A stretch of 64,000 nucleotides of DNA, taken from assembly GCA_963667175.2 (NCBI GenBank), contig CAXXXF010000003.1:160001-224000 (forward strand), given 5' to 3'. The notes beneath the pieces were generated by a model. That model saw only the letters and a list, made by a program, of their open reading frames with translations. It was not told the origin of the DNA and did not search any database. The position numbers and the translations under genes are program-made. Every line of letters starts with the position of its first letter. Within the stretch, counting starts at the first letter, position 1. The stretch is from Candidatus Latescibacterota bacterium. GTDB taxonomy: Bacteria; Latescibacterota; UBA2968; GCA-2709665. This document shows, piece by piece, positions 51,325 through 61,202 of this stretch.

Positions 51325-53928
51325 ATGGAAAGAGTAAATGTCCTCCAAGAGATACTTGAGTGGTCTCAATCTCGCCCCGAATGGCAACGTGACGCGTTGC
51401 GACGGCTTGTCTCGAAGGGCGAATTAGCCGATTCCGACATACGCGAGCTTGCGAATCTCTGCAAGTCCAGACACGGACTCGGTGACAGAGAAACACCAGT
51501 ACCCCTCAACGCAAATCACCTCCCAAAGTCTGGTGCCGAAACGAAACCCGTGTTGCTGCAATCACTTACACATCACGCGGGTGTCAACGCACTTGCCCAA
51601 GATCAGACTATCCAATTTGGGGGATCATTGACTGTCGTATACGGAGCAAATGCCGCCGGTAAATCCGGCTATACGAGAGTCTTGAAACGTGCGTGTCGCG
51701 CGCGCGGTGCGGAGGAGATCCTGGGAAACGTAGTGTCTGGTACTGCTCCTGGGCGTCCCTCTGCGACAATCAAGTTCACAGCGAACGAAAAGTCGCACGA
51801 TCACTTGTGGGATGACGATCAGTTGCCAAATCCGATTCTTTCAAGAGTTAGCGTATTCGATCATCATTGTGCAAGCGTGTACGTTTCACAACAGACCGAT
51901 GTCGCATTTCGACCATTGGGTTTGGACTTGTTTGACAAACTTTCCGCCGCTTGTGAGGCTGTTAAGAAAGCCTTAGAAAAGGAACGAGAAGCGCTTGAAA
52001 TACTGAGCCTTAAGTTTCCGAATGTCGATTACGGTACGGCCGTCCATGATCTAGTCACAAATCTGACGCCACTTACTGATCCGGCGACTGTCCACGAACT
52101 TGCAATTCTAACAGACTGCGATAGACGCCGCCGCGACGATATCCGCAACCGGATTCGCGATCTAACGTCGGAAGACCCAAAAAAGACCGCTCGTGCAGTC
52201 GAACTTCGCGCCGCACGAGCAAAGGTCTTGGTCGAAAGAGTCACTAATGCGCAGGTGATACTTTCTGATACCGAGATTGGAGAATTGTTCACGGCTCATG
52301 AGAAGACGACCGAGACTCAGCGCGTTTTGGAAACCCTGCAAAGGGAGACTTTCCGAGAACAGCCGTTGTTAAACACAGGATCAGCAGCGTGGCGTACACT
52401 CTGGAATGCCGCGGAGAAGTTCTCAACAACAAATGCGTATCCAGATCGTGCCTTTCCGTACACAGAAGAGGGTTCGCGCTGCGTTTTATGTCAGCAACAA
52501 CTCAACGACGAGGGGATGGAGCGACTTCAGCAATTCCGGGAATTTGTCGGTTCAACCGCACAGCGTGAGCACGAAATGGCGACTGATGAATACAACCGGA
52601 AGCGTCAGCAATTCAAGGATGCAGTCGTCTTGGATGACAAAGCAATGGAAGTGCTTGAGGAACTCAAACTCGACGATGATGATCTTTTTGAAGCCATCCA
52701 GGCCACTCTCAAAGCGGCGGAGGCTCGGAGAGAATTAGTAGATACAGCGATAACTGAGAGTCTGCCTGCCCCTACGACTCTACCTGGACGACCACTCGAC
52801 GTGAGTATCCTAACGGATCATATTGAGAGCTTGGAGAATCGAGTAAATGAACTACGGAAAGCGGAAGATCCGGAGGCGATTAGCAAGTTGCGTACCGAAT
52901 TAGGTGAACTTGAAGCACGAGAGGTACTTGCGGAAAACTTGAGTACTGTACTCGAGGAGATTGAACGTAAAAAGAAAATCGCAGTTTACCAGATGTGCAT
53001 CAATGAAACTCGGACGAATTCGATAACTCGCAAGAGCAGCGACGTAACAAGACGGGCTGTCACCGAGCAACTCACAAGATGTTTTTCCGATGAACTTGAC
53101 GGACTAAGGTTTCATCATGTCGAAGTCCAGATGGTGGACACCGGAGGGTCTCGTGGAGCGCTATACCACAAATTGCAGCTTAGGCGTGCGCCGGGTGTGG
53201 ATGTGTCCAAGGTTGCCAGCGAGGGCGAAGCCCGATGCCTCTCAATTGCGTCCTTTTTCGCAGAACTCAGTACGGCCGCAGATCGATCGGCGATACTGTT
53301 CGACGATCCGGTTTCATCGCTTGACCACAGTTGGCGTGAAAATGTTGCGAAACGGTTGGTCGTCGAGTCAAAGTCTCGGCAGGTAATCATCTTTACTCAT
53401 GACATGGTTTTCCTTGTCGCGTTGGTGGAGAAGGCCAGCGAGTTAGACGTCGAACTACAACACCAATACTTGCGAAGAGACAACACTGCCGCGGGACTAT
53501 CCTCCCAGGAATTGCCATGGGCTGCGTTGAAGGTCCGCGACCGCATTGGCCGCTTGAATGCTCTCTGGCAAGACGCAGAAAGGACGTTTAGGAATGGCGA
53601 CTCAGGCAAATACGAGAAGGACGCATCTTACATTTACGGTCTTCTACGAGAAGCGTGGGAACGAGGAGTTGAGGAGGTGCTATTGGCTGGGACAGTCGAG
53701 CGTTACAGAAACAGTGTTCAAACCCAGCGCGCAAACCAACTCGCTGACATTTGTGATAATGACATAGGAACGCTGAATATCGGAATGACAAAGTGCTCAA
53801 AGTGGTTGACTGGTCACGATCAGTCACTCGCGGATAACTCACCGATTCCAGGGCCAAATGAGGTTAAGGAGGACATCGATGCCCTCGCGACTTGGATACA
53901 GAATATCCGGAAGCGTCGAGGGAATTAA
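51325..53928 (+). CDS. SMC/Rad50-like ATPase (AAA_13, RloC-like) with Zn hook and HEPN-like C-terminus
   Basis: GANAAGKS, coiled coil with CVLC, SEGE, FDDPVSSLD, FTHD. C-terminal LREAWE...GHD. Confidence 0.8.
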   Translation: MERVNVLQEILEWSQSRPEWQRDALRRLVSKGELADSDIRELANLCKSRHGLGDRETPVPLNANHLPKSGAETKPVLLQSLTHHAGVNALAQDQTIQFGGSLTVVYGANAAGKSGYTRVLKRACRARGAEEILGNVVSGTAPGRPSATIKFTANEKSHDHLWDDDQLPNPILSRVSVFDHHCASVYVSQQTDVAFRPLGLDLFDKLSAACEAVKKALEKEREALEILSLKFPNVDYGTAVHDLVTNLTPLTDPATVHELAILTDCDRRRRDDIRNRIRDLTSEDPKKTARAVELRAARAKVLVERVTNAQVILSDTEIGELFTAHEKTTETQRVLETLQRETFREQPLLNTGSAAWRTLWNAAEKFSTTNAYPDRAFPYTEEGSRCVLCQQQLNDEGMERLQQFREFVGSTAQREHEMATDEYNRKRQQFKDAVVLDDKAMEVLEELKLDDDDLFEAIQATLKAAEARRELVDTAITESLPAPTTLPGRPLDVSILTDHIESLENRVNELRKAEDPEAISKLRTELGELEAREVLAENLSTVLEEIERKKKIAVYQMCINETRTNSITRKSSDVTRRAVTEQLTRCFSDELDGLRFHHVEVQMVDTGGSRGALYHKLQLRRAPGVDVSKVASEGEARCLSIASFFAELSTAADRSAILFDDPVSSLDHSWRENVAKRLVVESKSRQVIIFTHDMVFLVALVEKASELDVELQHQYLRRDNTAAGLSSQELPWAALKVRDRIGRLNALWQDAERTFRNGDSGKYEKDASYIYGLLREAWERGVEEVLLAGTVERYRNSVQTQRANQLADICDNDIGTLNIGMTKCSKWLTGHDQSLADNSPIPGPNEVKEDIDALATWIQNIRKRRGN

Positions 53929-54005
53929 CTTTAAGGCGTGCCGTATTTGTACGTAGATCGAATACTAAACGCAGGTCTCACGGATTGGCCGCCGAGACCG
54001 TCTAA

Positions 54006-54827
54006 ATGAACCAATGGGTCATGCATCCTGCTGAACAAATTGCAAAGGACACCTGGGGACGATTGAAACAGTCACGCGAACTTCGGACCCGGTTGGGAGA
54101 GGTAACCCTTACTGATCTGCTCGTTTTGGATTTCGTGCGTTTCATGGATGGGCGCGCCAGGTTATTTCAAAGTACCAACAAACAGGAATCGATACGAGGG
54201 ACCGATCTCGAGATCCGGATTCACGCCGGATGCAATCGAGCCGTTGCGTTTGCACTGCAAGCCAAGAAGCTGTATCCAGATGAAAGGTATCGTGAATTAA
54301 AGACCACGGTGAAGTCATCGAACTCCCTTCAATTGGAGATTCTTGAGGATTATGCTGAATCAGTATGCGCTGTCCCACTCTATCTACTGTACAACTACGT
54401 GTGCTGGGATGATTTACAACCATGTTGGCATTGCCGCGAGCGCTTCAGCGTAGACATCGAACAATTGGGTTGTACCGTGGTACCAAGTCGGATAATTCGG
54501 CGTGCGATTTGTAAACGCGGACGCAGGAACTTCGATTGGATACATAAATCATGCGCCGCACTGCCCTGGCGTTGTCTTTTCGACTGCCCGCACCAATGCA
54601 CGCAGCGCTATGACTGCGAGTATTTGGAACCCGTTTACGGTGGGTGGCCGGACTGGCTTTGGTCTCGAAACAGCACGACGTTCTCTGATGAAGACGTGGA
54701 GAGATTGCAGCGGGAGATACGGCGCCATGACGTACAGGCGTTCACGCCGCACATCAAGGATAAGTTAATGGAACATTCAGACGAAATTCCCGGTTACCTC
54801 ATTTTAGTCAAGGAGACGAGGCGATGA
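54006..54827 (+). CDS. Putative PD-(D/E)xK nuclease (DUF6615-like), copy 1
   Basis: GEVTLTD, E...GTDLE, LQAKKL, PLYLLYN. Confidence 0.7.
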   Translation: MNQWVMHPAEQIAKDTWGRLKQSRELRTRLGEVTLTDLLVLDFVRFMDGRARLFQSTNKQESIRGTDLEIRIHAGCNRAVAFALQAKKLYPDERYRELKTTVKSSNSLQLEILEDYAESVCAVPLYLLYNYVCWDDLQPCWHCRERFSVDIEQLGCTVVPSRIIRRAICKRGRRNFDWIHKSCAALPWRCLFDCPHQCTQRYDCEYLEPVYGGWPDWLWSRNSTTFSDEDVERLQREIRRHDVQAFTPHIKDKLMEHSDEIPGYLILVKETRR

Positions 54828-56053
54828 CTGACGCGAATCTGGCTCGCCGCATCCGGCTCGGTGAGGACTCCAATATTGAGTTAAAGCTGGTATCAATGCG
54901 TGGTTCCCGGGTAAGTGCGCCTAAGCGAGACGAATTTGCCGACGAGCTCGCTGCCCTGGCCAACGGCCGTGGCGGAATTGTTGTACTGGGGGTGAACGAC
55001 ATAAGCAGGGAAGTCATAGGTATACGCATGGAACATCTGGATACTGTTGAGGGCTGGGTTTCGGAAATTTGCAACGACTCCATGACACCCCCACTCGACG
55101 CGGCAATCCGAAAGTTCGAGTTACCCCGCCCTGACGGGAAGATGGTTCCGGTCATCCACATTGACATTGCTCGCAGTTTGTTTGTGCACAGGAGTCCTGG
55201 CGGATACTTCAGCAGGATCGGAAGTTCCAAGCGTGAGTTGTCGCCGGAGGCACTTGCCCGGCTGCTGCAACACCGAAGCCAGAGCCGCATGATATGGTAT
55301 GATGAATCGCTTGTGCCTCACACAGCGCCGGGAGATCTCGACTATTCTCTTACGCGCCGCTTTTTAAGAGAAGATTCGCTCGCAGAAGGCGTCAATGAAA
55401 CCCTCGCACGCAAGATTAGCCTCGTCGCTGACGATGTTGAGGGGGTTCCAAGACTAACGCTCGCCGCCGTGCTACTATGTACGCGCAAACCGCAGCAATG
55501 GCTTCCGCACGCGTACATACAAGCCGTCAGCTACACAGGTGAGCGTGCTGATATCCAATATCAGACTGACGCCCGCGATGTCGATGGGCCGCTCGACGAG
55601 CAGATCGAGGAAGCGTTGCACTTTGTGCGTCGAAATATGACGATCCGAGCGACCAAGACTACGGCCCGTGCAGAGGGACCGCAGTTCAGCGAACGCGCGG
55701 TATTCGAGGCTCTCGTAAATGCGGTCGCACATCGCGATTACTCGATGGCGGGTACTCGGATTCGTCTCCACATGTTCGGAGATCGTCTTGAACTGTATGT
55801 CCCCGGTGGGCTGGTGAATACGCTTTCCCTCGAGAGCCTGCACCTGAGGCAGGCGAGCCGGAATGAACTCATTGTGTCGTTGTTGGCCCGTTGTCGTACG
55901 CAAAGCGGTCTTGGGCGGACCCATTTGATGGATCGGCGCGGGGACGGCGTGCCAATAATACTAAAGGACAGTCAAGAGTTGTCCGGTCGCGAGCCCGAGT
56001 ATAGTCTCATTGACGATAACGAATTGCGATTGTTGATTTGGGCGGCGACATAG
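54824..56053 (+). CDS. AlbA_2 (Schlafen-like) + HATPase_c_4 protein
   Basis: GEDSNIELK, ALANGRGG.VVLGV.D, EALVNAVAHRDY, RNELI, G.G. Confidence 0.88.
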   Translation: MTDANLARRIRLGEDSNIELKLVSMRGSRVSAPKRDEFADELAALANGRGGIVVLGVNDISREVIGIRMEHLDTVEGWVSEICNDSMTPPLDAAIRKFELPRPDGKMVPVIHIDIARSLFVHRSPGGYFSRIGSSKRELSPEALARLLQHRSQSRMIWYDESLVPHTAPGDLDYSLTRRFLREDSLAEGVNETLARKISLVADDVEGVPRLTLAAVLLCTRKPQQWLPHAYIQAVSYTGERADIQYQTDARDVDGPLDEQIEEALHFVRRNMTIRATKTTARAEGPQFSERAVFEALVNAVAHRDYSMAGTRIRLHMFGDRLELYVPGGLVNTLSLESLHLRQASRNELIVSLLARCRTQSGLGRTHLMDRRGDGVPIILKDSQELSGREPEYSLIDDNELRLLIWAAT

Positions 56054-56078
56054 ACCTGACGTAGCGATAAGGAAGACA

Positions 56079-56780
56079 TTGGTGCCTGAGTTCAAGCGCA
56101 TTGTTTGTTTGGCGAACTCCCGGAAAATGGCGGGACGGTGCATTGCCGGTCGGGAATGGAACGAGGAACAGAAAGTTGGTAAATGGGTCCGGCCTGTGAG
56201 CGCCCGCGACAACCAAGAAGTTTCCGAGTACGAACGTCAATACGAAGACGGAAGCGATCCTCGGGTACTCGATATCATCGACATTCCGGTTCTGAATCCA
56301 CAGCCAAAGAACTTTCAAACCGAGAATTGGTTGCTCGATCCAGACTATTATTGGGAGAAAGCAGGTAAGTTAACGCCGTACGATTTGTCCGAATTCGTGG
56401 ATATATCCACCCCTTTGTGGATTGATGGACAAAGCACGTACCACGGTCGAAATGACAAAATCCCGCTTGAATCAGCCAAATCTGTTTCGGATTCGCTAAG
56501 ACTCGTCCATGTCGAACAGTTGAACCTTTCTGTGTTTAAACCAGGTGAAGCGTTCGGAAACTCCAAGCGGCGTGTACAAGGGCATTTTCGTCACGCCGAT
56601 ACGGGATATAAACTTTGGGTCACCGATCCCGTATACGAGCAGGAATACCTGGCGAAGCTAGATGGCACCTATGAAATAGGAGAATGTTACGTCACGATCA
56701 GCCTTGGGGAACCGTACGACGAAGCGTGTTACAAACTGATCGCTGCAATCATTCCGGCAGAACTGGGGGTGAAATTATAA
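56079..56780 (+). CDS. Dual OB-fold domain protein
   Basis: CLANSRK..GRCIAG, WVRPV, QTENWL, Y.L.VTDP, TISLGEP...CYKLIAAI. Confidence 0.75.
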   Translation: MVPEFKRIVCLANSRKMAGRCIAGREWNEEQKVGKWVRPVSARDNQEVSEYERQYEDGSDPRVLDIIDIPVLNPQPKNFQTENWLLDPDYYWEKAGKLTPYDLSEFVDISTPLWIDGQSTYHGRNDKIPLESAKSVSDSLRLVHVEQLNLSVFKPGEAFGNSKRRVQGHFRHADTGYKLWVTDPVYEQEYLAKLDGTYEIGECYVTISLGEPYDEACYKLIAAIIPAELGVKL

Positions 56781-57412
56781 TGAAGACCAACAATACGGTT
56801 TATACAATTGGCCATTCCAATCACGCAGTTGACTCCTTGATCGCGTGTCTGCGCATGCATCATGTCACGGCAGTAGCCGATGTCCGCTCAGCGCCGTACA
56901 GCCGCTTCAATCCCCAATTCAATCGTGAGCCCTTAGATGGTTGTCTCAAAAAGCACGGGATAGAGTATTGGTTCTTTGGTCACGAATTGGGAGGTCGCTT
57001 CAGTGACCCTACATGTTACATTGACGGGCGTGTGAGTTACGACCATGTTGCTGCGACGGATTTGTTCAGGCGCGGCTTGGATGAGGTCGCGCAAAGCGTG
57101 GCCAATCACCGAATCGTGCTTCTATGCGCAGAGCGTGAGCCGCTCGAATGTCATCGGACGCTCCTTGTGGGCCGGGCAATTGACGAGCGAGGTATCGAAG
57201 TCGCACATATCCACGCCGATGGTCGGCTGGAGTCCCATGCCGAGGCGATGGACCGATTGCTCAACCGCTTCAATCTGCACCCCGACGGCGATCTGTTTCG
57301 TGCAGCGCAATCTCGAGAAAAACTGGTCGCGGAGGCCGTAGCACGGCAGGCAAAACGCATTGCCTTTGCGGACCGGAAATCGACAAAACGTTCAAGGGAG
57401 TCTACAATATGA
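56780..57412 (+). CDS. DUF488 family protein (a)
   Basis: YTIGHS, DVRSAPYSR, ELGG, LLCAE..P..CHR. TAATG coupling. Confidence 0.88.
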   Translation: MKTNNTVYTIGHSNHAVDSLIACLRMHHVTAVADVRSAPYSRFNPQFNREPLDGCLKKHGIEYWFFGHELGGRFSDPTCYIDGRVSYDHVAATDLFRRGLDEVAQSVANHRIVLLCAEREPLECHRTLLVGRAIDERGIEVAHIHADGRLESHAEAMDRLLNRFNLHPDGDLFRAAQSREKLVAEAVARQAKRIAFADRKSTKRSRESTI

Positions 57413-57846
57413 ATATCTCAACCATCGGCTTTACGAGAAAGCCCGCGAGCCGTTTCTTCGACTTGCTGATGCAGTCAGACGCCAGGCGTGTCGTCGACGT
57501 CCGGTTAAACAACGCGTCGCAATTGGCCGGTTTTGCGAAGAAGGATGATCTGGCGTATTTCCTGCGGGAACTCTGTGGGATGGACTACGTCCACGTCCCC
57601 CAATTGGCGCCCACGAAGGAATTGCTGGACGACTACAGGAATCGGCGGTGTGACTGGCAGGCCTACGAGGACCGTTTCAACGGGCTGATGTGCGAGCGGC
57701 GGATCGAGGAGACGGTTCCGATTGAGATCGTCGCGGACGGGTGTCTGCTGTGCAGCGAGGATAAACCGCACCGCTGCCATCGGCGGCTCGTCGCCGAATA
57801 CCTGAAATACCATTGGGTCGACGTCGAAATCGTCCATCTCCGATAG
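57409..57846 (+). CDS. DUF488 family protein (b)
   Basis: TIGF, DVRL, LAPT, CLLCSE..P..CHR. ATGA overlap. Confidence 0.88.
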   Translation: MNISTIGFTRKPASRFFDLLMQSDARRVVDVRLNNASQLAGFAKKDDLAYFLRELCGMDYVHVPQLAPTKELLDDYRNRRCDWQAYEDRFNGLMCERRIEETVPIEIVADGCLLCSEDKPHRCHRRLVAEYLKYHWVDVEIVHLR

Positions 57847-57856
57847 GTAGCATCGC

Positions 57857-58192
57857 GTGAACATACCTGCCTCGGAAACGTTCATCTCGACGATGGTAGA
57901 CCGAATTGTAGAAGGCTTCCAACCTTCTCGACTCGTTCTCTTCGGTTCCCATGCGCGGGGCACGGCAACCGACACAAGTGACGTGGACTTGCTCGTCATT
58001 CTGCCCAACGTGTCCGACAGGCGGCACACGGCTGTCGAATTTCGCCGAGCCCTGGGCGACCTGCCGGTATGTAAGGACATCGTAATAGCGACTCCCGAGG
58101 AAGTCACTCGTCACGGTCATCTTGTTGGTACCGTGCTGCGTTCAGCACTCCGCGAAGGAAAGGTTCTCTATGAACGACCGATTCCAACGTGA
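57857..58192 (+). CDS. Minimal nucleotidyltransferase (MNT), copy 1
   Basis: LFGSHARG...SDVDLLV, EGKVLYE. Confidence 0.88.
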   Translation: MNIPASETFISTMVDRIVEGFQPSRLVLFGSHARGTATDTSDVDLLVILPNVSDRRHTAVEFRRALGDLPVCKDIVIATPEEVTRHGHLVGTVLRSALREGKVLYERPIPT

Positions 58193-58226
58193 GGTTTGAC
58201 GCACATCGCTCCTACAACGTCCTTCC

Positions 58227-58278
58227 TGGGAGCGCGGGCGCCTGCCTGTGCGTTGCACGCAGGCAGGTCCCGCCCGCA
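58227..58278. repeat. REP-like palindrome interrupted by a CCTGCCTG hairpin (58241..58267)
   Basis: GGGAGCGCGGGCG | CCTGCCTGTGCGTTGCACGCAGGCAGG | TCCCGCCCGCA. Confidence 0.7.
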
Positions 58279-58424
58279 TGTGCTGTATCTATTCGGCCAC
58301 GTAAGCGCACAATTGAACGTCGTACTACCAATGCCCACTTTTGGTGATTCAACGTATAAACGAAATCTGCGGCAATCGATGTCGCTATCCAAACAGAGTC
58401 ACACTTAGAACAGGTACTGACGCC

Positions 58425-59561
58425 ATGGACCAGGAACGCCCTGAAGACCGACTTCATCTTCCGGATCTGTCGATAACCGGATTTCGGGGAATCGCGTCAC
58501 TTTCCATTAAGCGCTTAGGCCGCGTGACGCTGCTCGCGGGAAGGAATAGTGTCGGCAAAACAACCGTCCTTGATGCCGTCCGGGTCTACGCGGCGCGGGG
58601 TCGCCCTTCCGTTCTGTCCGACGTGTTGAAGAGCCACGAAGAAGTGGCTGCCGTTACCTACCACAGTGACAGCGAGAAAATTGGCCCTCATCTGGAAGCG
58701 CTCTTCCACGGACGGGACGCTTCTGAGGAAACATTCTTCTCGATCGGCCCTGATAACGGACGGGATCAAGTTAGCGTTGAAGCGATTCCTCCGGATAAAG
58801 CCACTCGCCCTCATCATCCGTGTCCTGCCCCTTTTTTTGTGGCGCCAGTAAGAATGCTTAAAATTGTCTGTCGAGACAAAGAGGAGATCGTCCCCTGGTT
58901 TTTCTCTCCCTATGCGTTGAGTACCAAGATGGCCAAGAGTCGCCGTGTATATCAATATATCGTGGCAACAACCACAGATTACGACCTTCCAGCCACGATA
59001 GACTGTCGGTCGATGGGTCCGGCCCTTTTGAGCAAGGACCAAGTCGTGGCATTTTGGGATGACGTCGCGCTGACCGACGATGAGGAATGGGTCGTCAATT
59101 CCCTGCAGCCTGTTCTCGGGGACCAGGTTCAGCGCATTGGGACGATCGGAGATAACAGTAACGGTCGACGGGTGATCGTCAGAATTCGGGAGCAAGCCTT
59201 TCCGGTCCCTCTGGATAGTTTTGGCGACGGGGCCCTGCGCCTGTTCGGCACAGCCTTGGCGTTGATCAATAGCCGGGACGGCTTCCTGCTCATCGATGAA
59301 GTGGAAAACGGGATTCACCATACCGTGCAGCGCGATTATTGGCGAATGGTACTTGAGACCGCGCACATAAACAACGTGCAGGTTCTGGCAACAACGCACA
59401 GCTACGACTGTGTCCGCGGTTTTGCGCAGGCGGCAACGGAATGCGAGGGAATCGACGGGGCGCTTGTGCGCATTGAACGTAGAGATAAGGAAATGTGGGC
59501 AGTTGAGTATTCGGAAAAGGATCTCAGGATCGCTGCTGAACAGCGTATCGAAGTGAGGTAG
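58425..59561 (+). CDS. ABC-type ATPase (AAA_15/AAA_21)
   Basis: GFRGI, GRNSVGKT, FGDG, LLIDEVENGIH, TTHS. Confidence 0.9.
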   Translation: MDQERPEDRLHLPDLSITGFRGIASLSIKRLGRVTLLAGRNSVGKTTVLDAVRVYAARGRPSVLSDVLKSHEEVAAVTYHSDSEKIGPHLEALFHGRDASEETFFSIGPDNGRDQVSVEAIPPDKATRPHHPCPAPFFVAPVRMLKIVCRDKEEIVPWFFSPYALSTKMAKSRRVYQYIVATTTDYDLPATIDCRSMGPALLSKDQVVAFWDDVALTDDEEWVVNSLQPVLGDQVQRIGTIGDNSNGRRVIVRIREQAFPVPLDSFGDGALRLFGTALALINSRDGFLLIDEVENGIHHTVQRDYWRMVLETAHINNVQVLATTHSYDCVRGFAQAATECEGIDGALVRIERRDKEMWAVEYSEKDLRIAAEQRIEVR

Positions 59562-59562
59562 G

Positions 59563-60180
59563 TTGATGGAAAATGGTGACCGTGTCCTCCTCGTTGAAGG
59601 GCAAGACGACAAGCATGTTGTTCGACATCTGTGCCGGCAAAGCGAGTCAATGCCGCCATTTCACATTGAAGTAAAGGGTAACGACAGAAAGCTTCTTGAT
59701 TCCCTTAAACAGGAAATCAGAGTTTCCGGTCGCAGTGCCGTCGGCATCCTCATTGACGCAAACGACGATATGAATGGTCGCTGGAGTGCGGTGGAATATC
59801 GGCTTCGAGGCGAGGGTATTGAATTACCTCGTGTCCCTGTACGAACCGGTACCTTGATTGAGGGAATCATCCGCACGCCCCGCATTGGTATCTGGTTGAT
59901 GCCAGACAATCAGTCGGCCGGCGAACTCGAAGACTTTGTCTCGACGATGGTTCCTGAAAGCGATTCGGTATGGCCGCGTTCTGAGCGTTACATAAGGGAC
60001 ATTCCGAAAAAGGATAGAAAATTCAGCGACCATAAGGTACAGAGAGCCATGATCCACGCCTGGTTAGCGACTAGAAAGGAACCCAGGAAGATTGGCACAG
60101 CCATTTATGCGGGAGATTTGCGCGTTGATGGAAGACTCAGCATGGAATTTGCAGATTGGCTTCGCGAGCTTTTTAAATGA
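59563..60180 (+). CDS. DUF3226-like TOPRIM-type protein
   Basis: LLVEGQDD, GILIDAND, WLMPDN...GELE. Confidence 0.8.
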   Translation: MMENGDRVLLVEGQDDKHVVRHLCRQSESMPPFHIEVKGNDRKLLDSLKQEIRVSGRSAVGILIDANDDMNGRWSAVEYRLRGEGIELPRVPVRTGTLIEGIIRTPRIGIWLMPDNQSAGELEDFVSTMVPESDSVWPRSERYIRDIPKKDRKFSDHKVQRAMIHAWLATRKEPRKIGTAIYAGDLRVDGRLSMEFADWLRELFK

Positions 60181-61001
60181 ACGGATGGATCATGCATCCT
60201 GCTGAACAAATCGCAAAGGACACCTGGGGACGATTGAAACTGGCACGCGAACTCCGGACCCGGCTGGGAGAGGTAACCCTTACTGATCTGCTCGTTTTGG
60301 ATTTCGTGCGTTTCATGAATGGTCGCGCCAGGTTATTTCAAAGTACCAACAAGCAGGAATCGATACGAGGGACCGATCTCGAGATTCGGATTCACGCTGG
60401 ATGCAATCGAGCCGTTGCGTTTGCACTGCAAGCCAAGAAGCTGTATCCAGATGAAAGGTATCGTGAATTAAAGACCACGGTGAAGTCATCGAACTCCCTT
60501 CAATTGGAAATTCTTGAGGATTATGCTGAATCAGTACGCGCTGTCCCACTCTATCTACTGTACAACTACGTGTGCTGGGATGATTTACAACCATATTGGC
60601 ATTGTCGTGAGCGCCTCACGGAAGACATTGAACAACTGGGTTGTACCGTGGTACCAAGTCGGATTATTCGGCATGCGATTTGTAAACGCGGGCGCAGTAA
60701 CTTCGAATGGATCCACAGACTTAACCATGCATTGCCGTGGCGTTGTCTTTTCAACTGCCCTCACCAATGCACGCAGCGCTATGACGGCGAGTATTTGGAA
60801 CCCGTTGACGGTGGGTGGCCGGACTGGCTTTGGTCTCGAAAGAACACGACGTTTTATGACGAAGACGTGGACAGATTGCGTGAGGAGATTTCAAACCGAG
60901 AGAAATCGAGGCGGAAATTGGAACAGTCCGATATTCCACACGGATTTGGACATACCGACGAGATTGGCGAACTGCCGGGTTACCTCATCTTGGTCAAGTA
61001 G
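60177..61001 (+). CDS. Putative PD-(D/E)xK nuclease (DUF6615-like), copy 2
   Basis: Near-identical to 54006..54827 except for the last ~40 codons. Confidence 0.75.
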   Translation: MNGWIMHPAEQIAKDTWGRLKLARELRTRLGEVTLTDLLVLDFVRFMNGRARLFQSTNKQESIRGTDLEIRIHAGCNRAVAFALQAKKLYPDERYRELKTTVKSSNSLQLEILEDYAESVRAVPLYLLYNYVCWDDLQPYWHCRERLTEDIEQLGCTVVPSRIIRHAICKRGRSNFEWIHRLNHALPWRCLFNCPHQCTQRYDGEYLEPVDGGWPDWLWSRKNTTFYDEDVDRLREEISNREKSRRKLEQSDIPHGFGHTDEIGELPGYLILVK

Positions 61002-61076
61002 AAGACCGGATAAACAGATCGAATGTAGCACGACGCTAATCCCGCGGTGCCTCGGCAACCGTTCCCAACGAACTCC

Positions 61077-61192
61077 TCGCGGACGGGTGTCTGCTGTGCA
61101 GCGAGGATAAGCCGCACCACTGCCATAGGCGGCTCGTGGCGGAGTATCTGAAACAGCATTGGGGCGACGTCGAAATTGTCCACCTCGGATAG
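61077..61192 (+). pseudogene. 3' remnant of DUF488(b)
   Basis: Matches 57731..57846. Confidence 0.85.
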
Positions 61193-61202
61193 GAAACATC
61201 GC

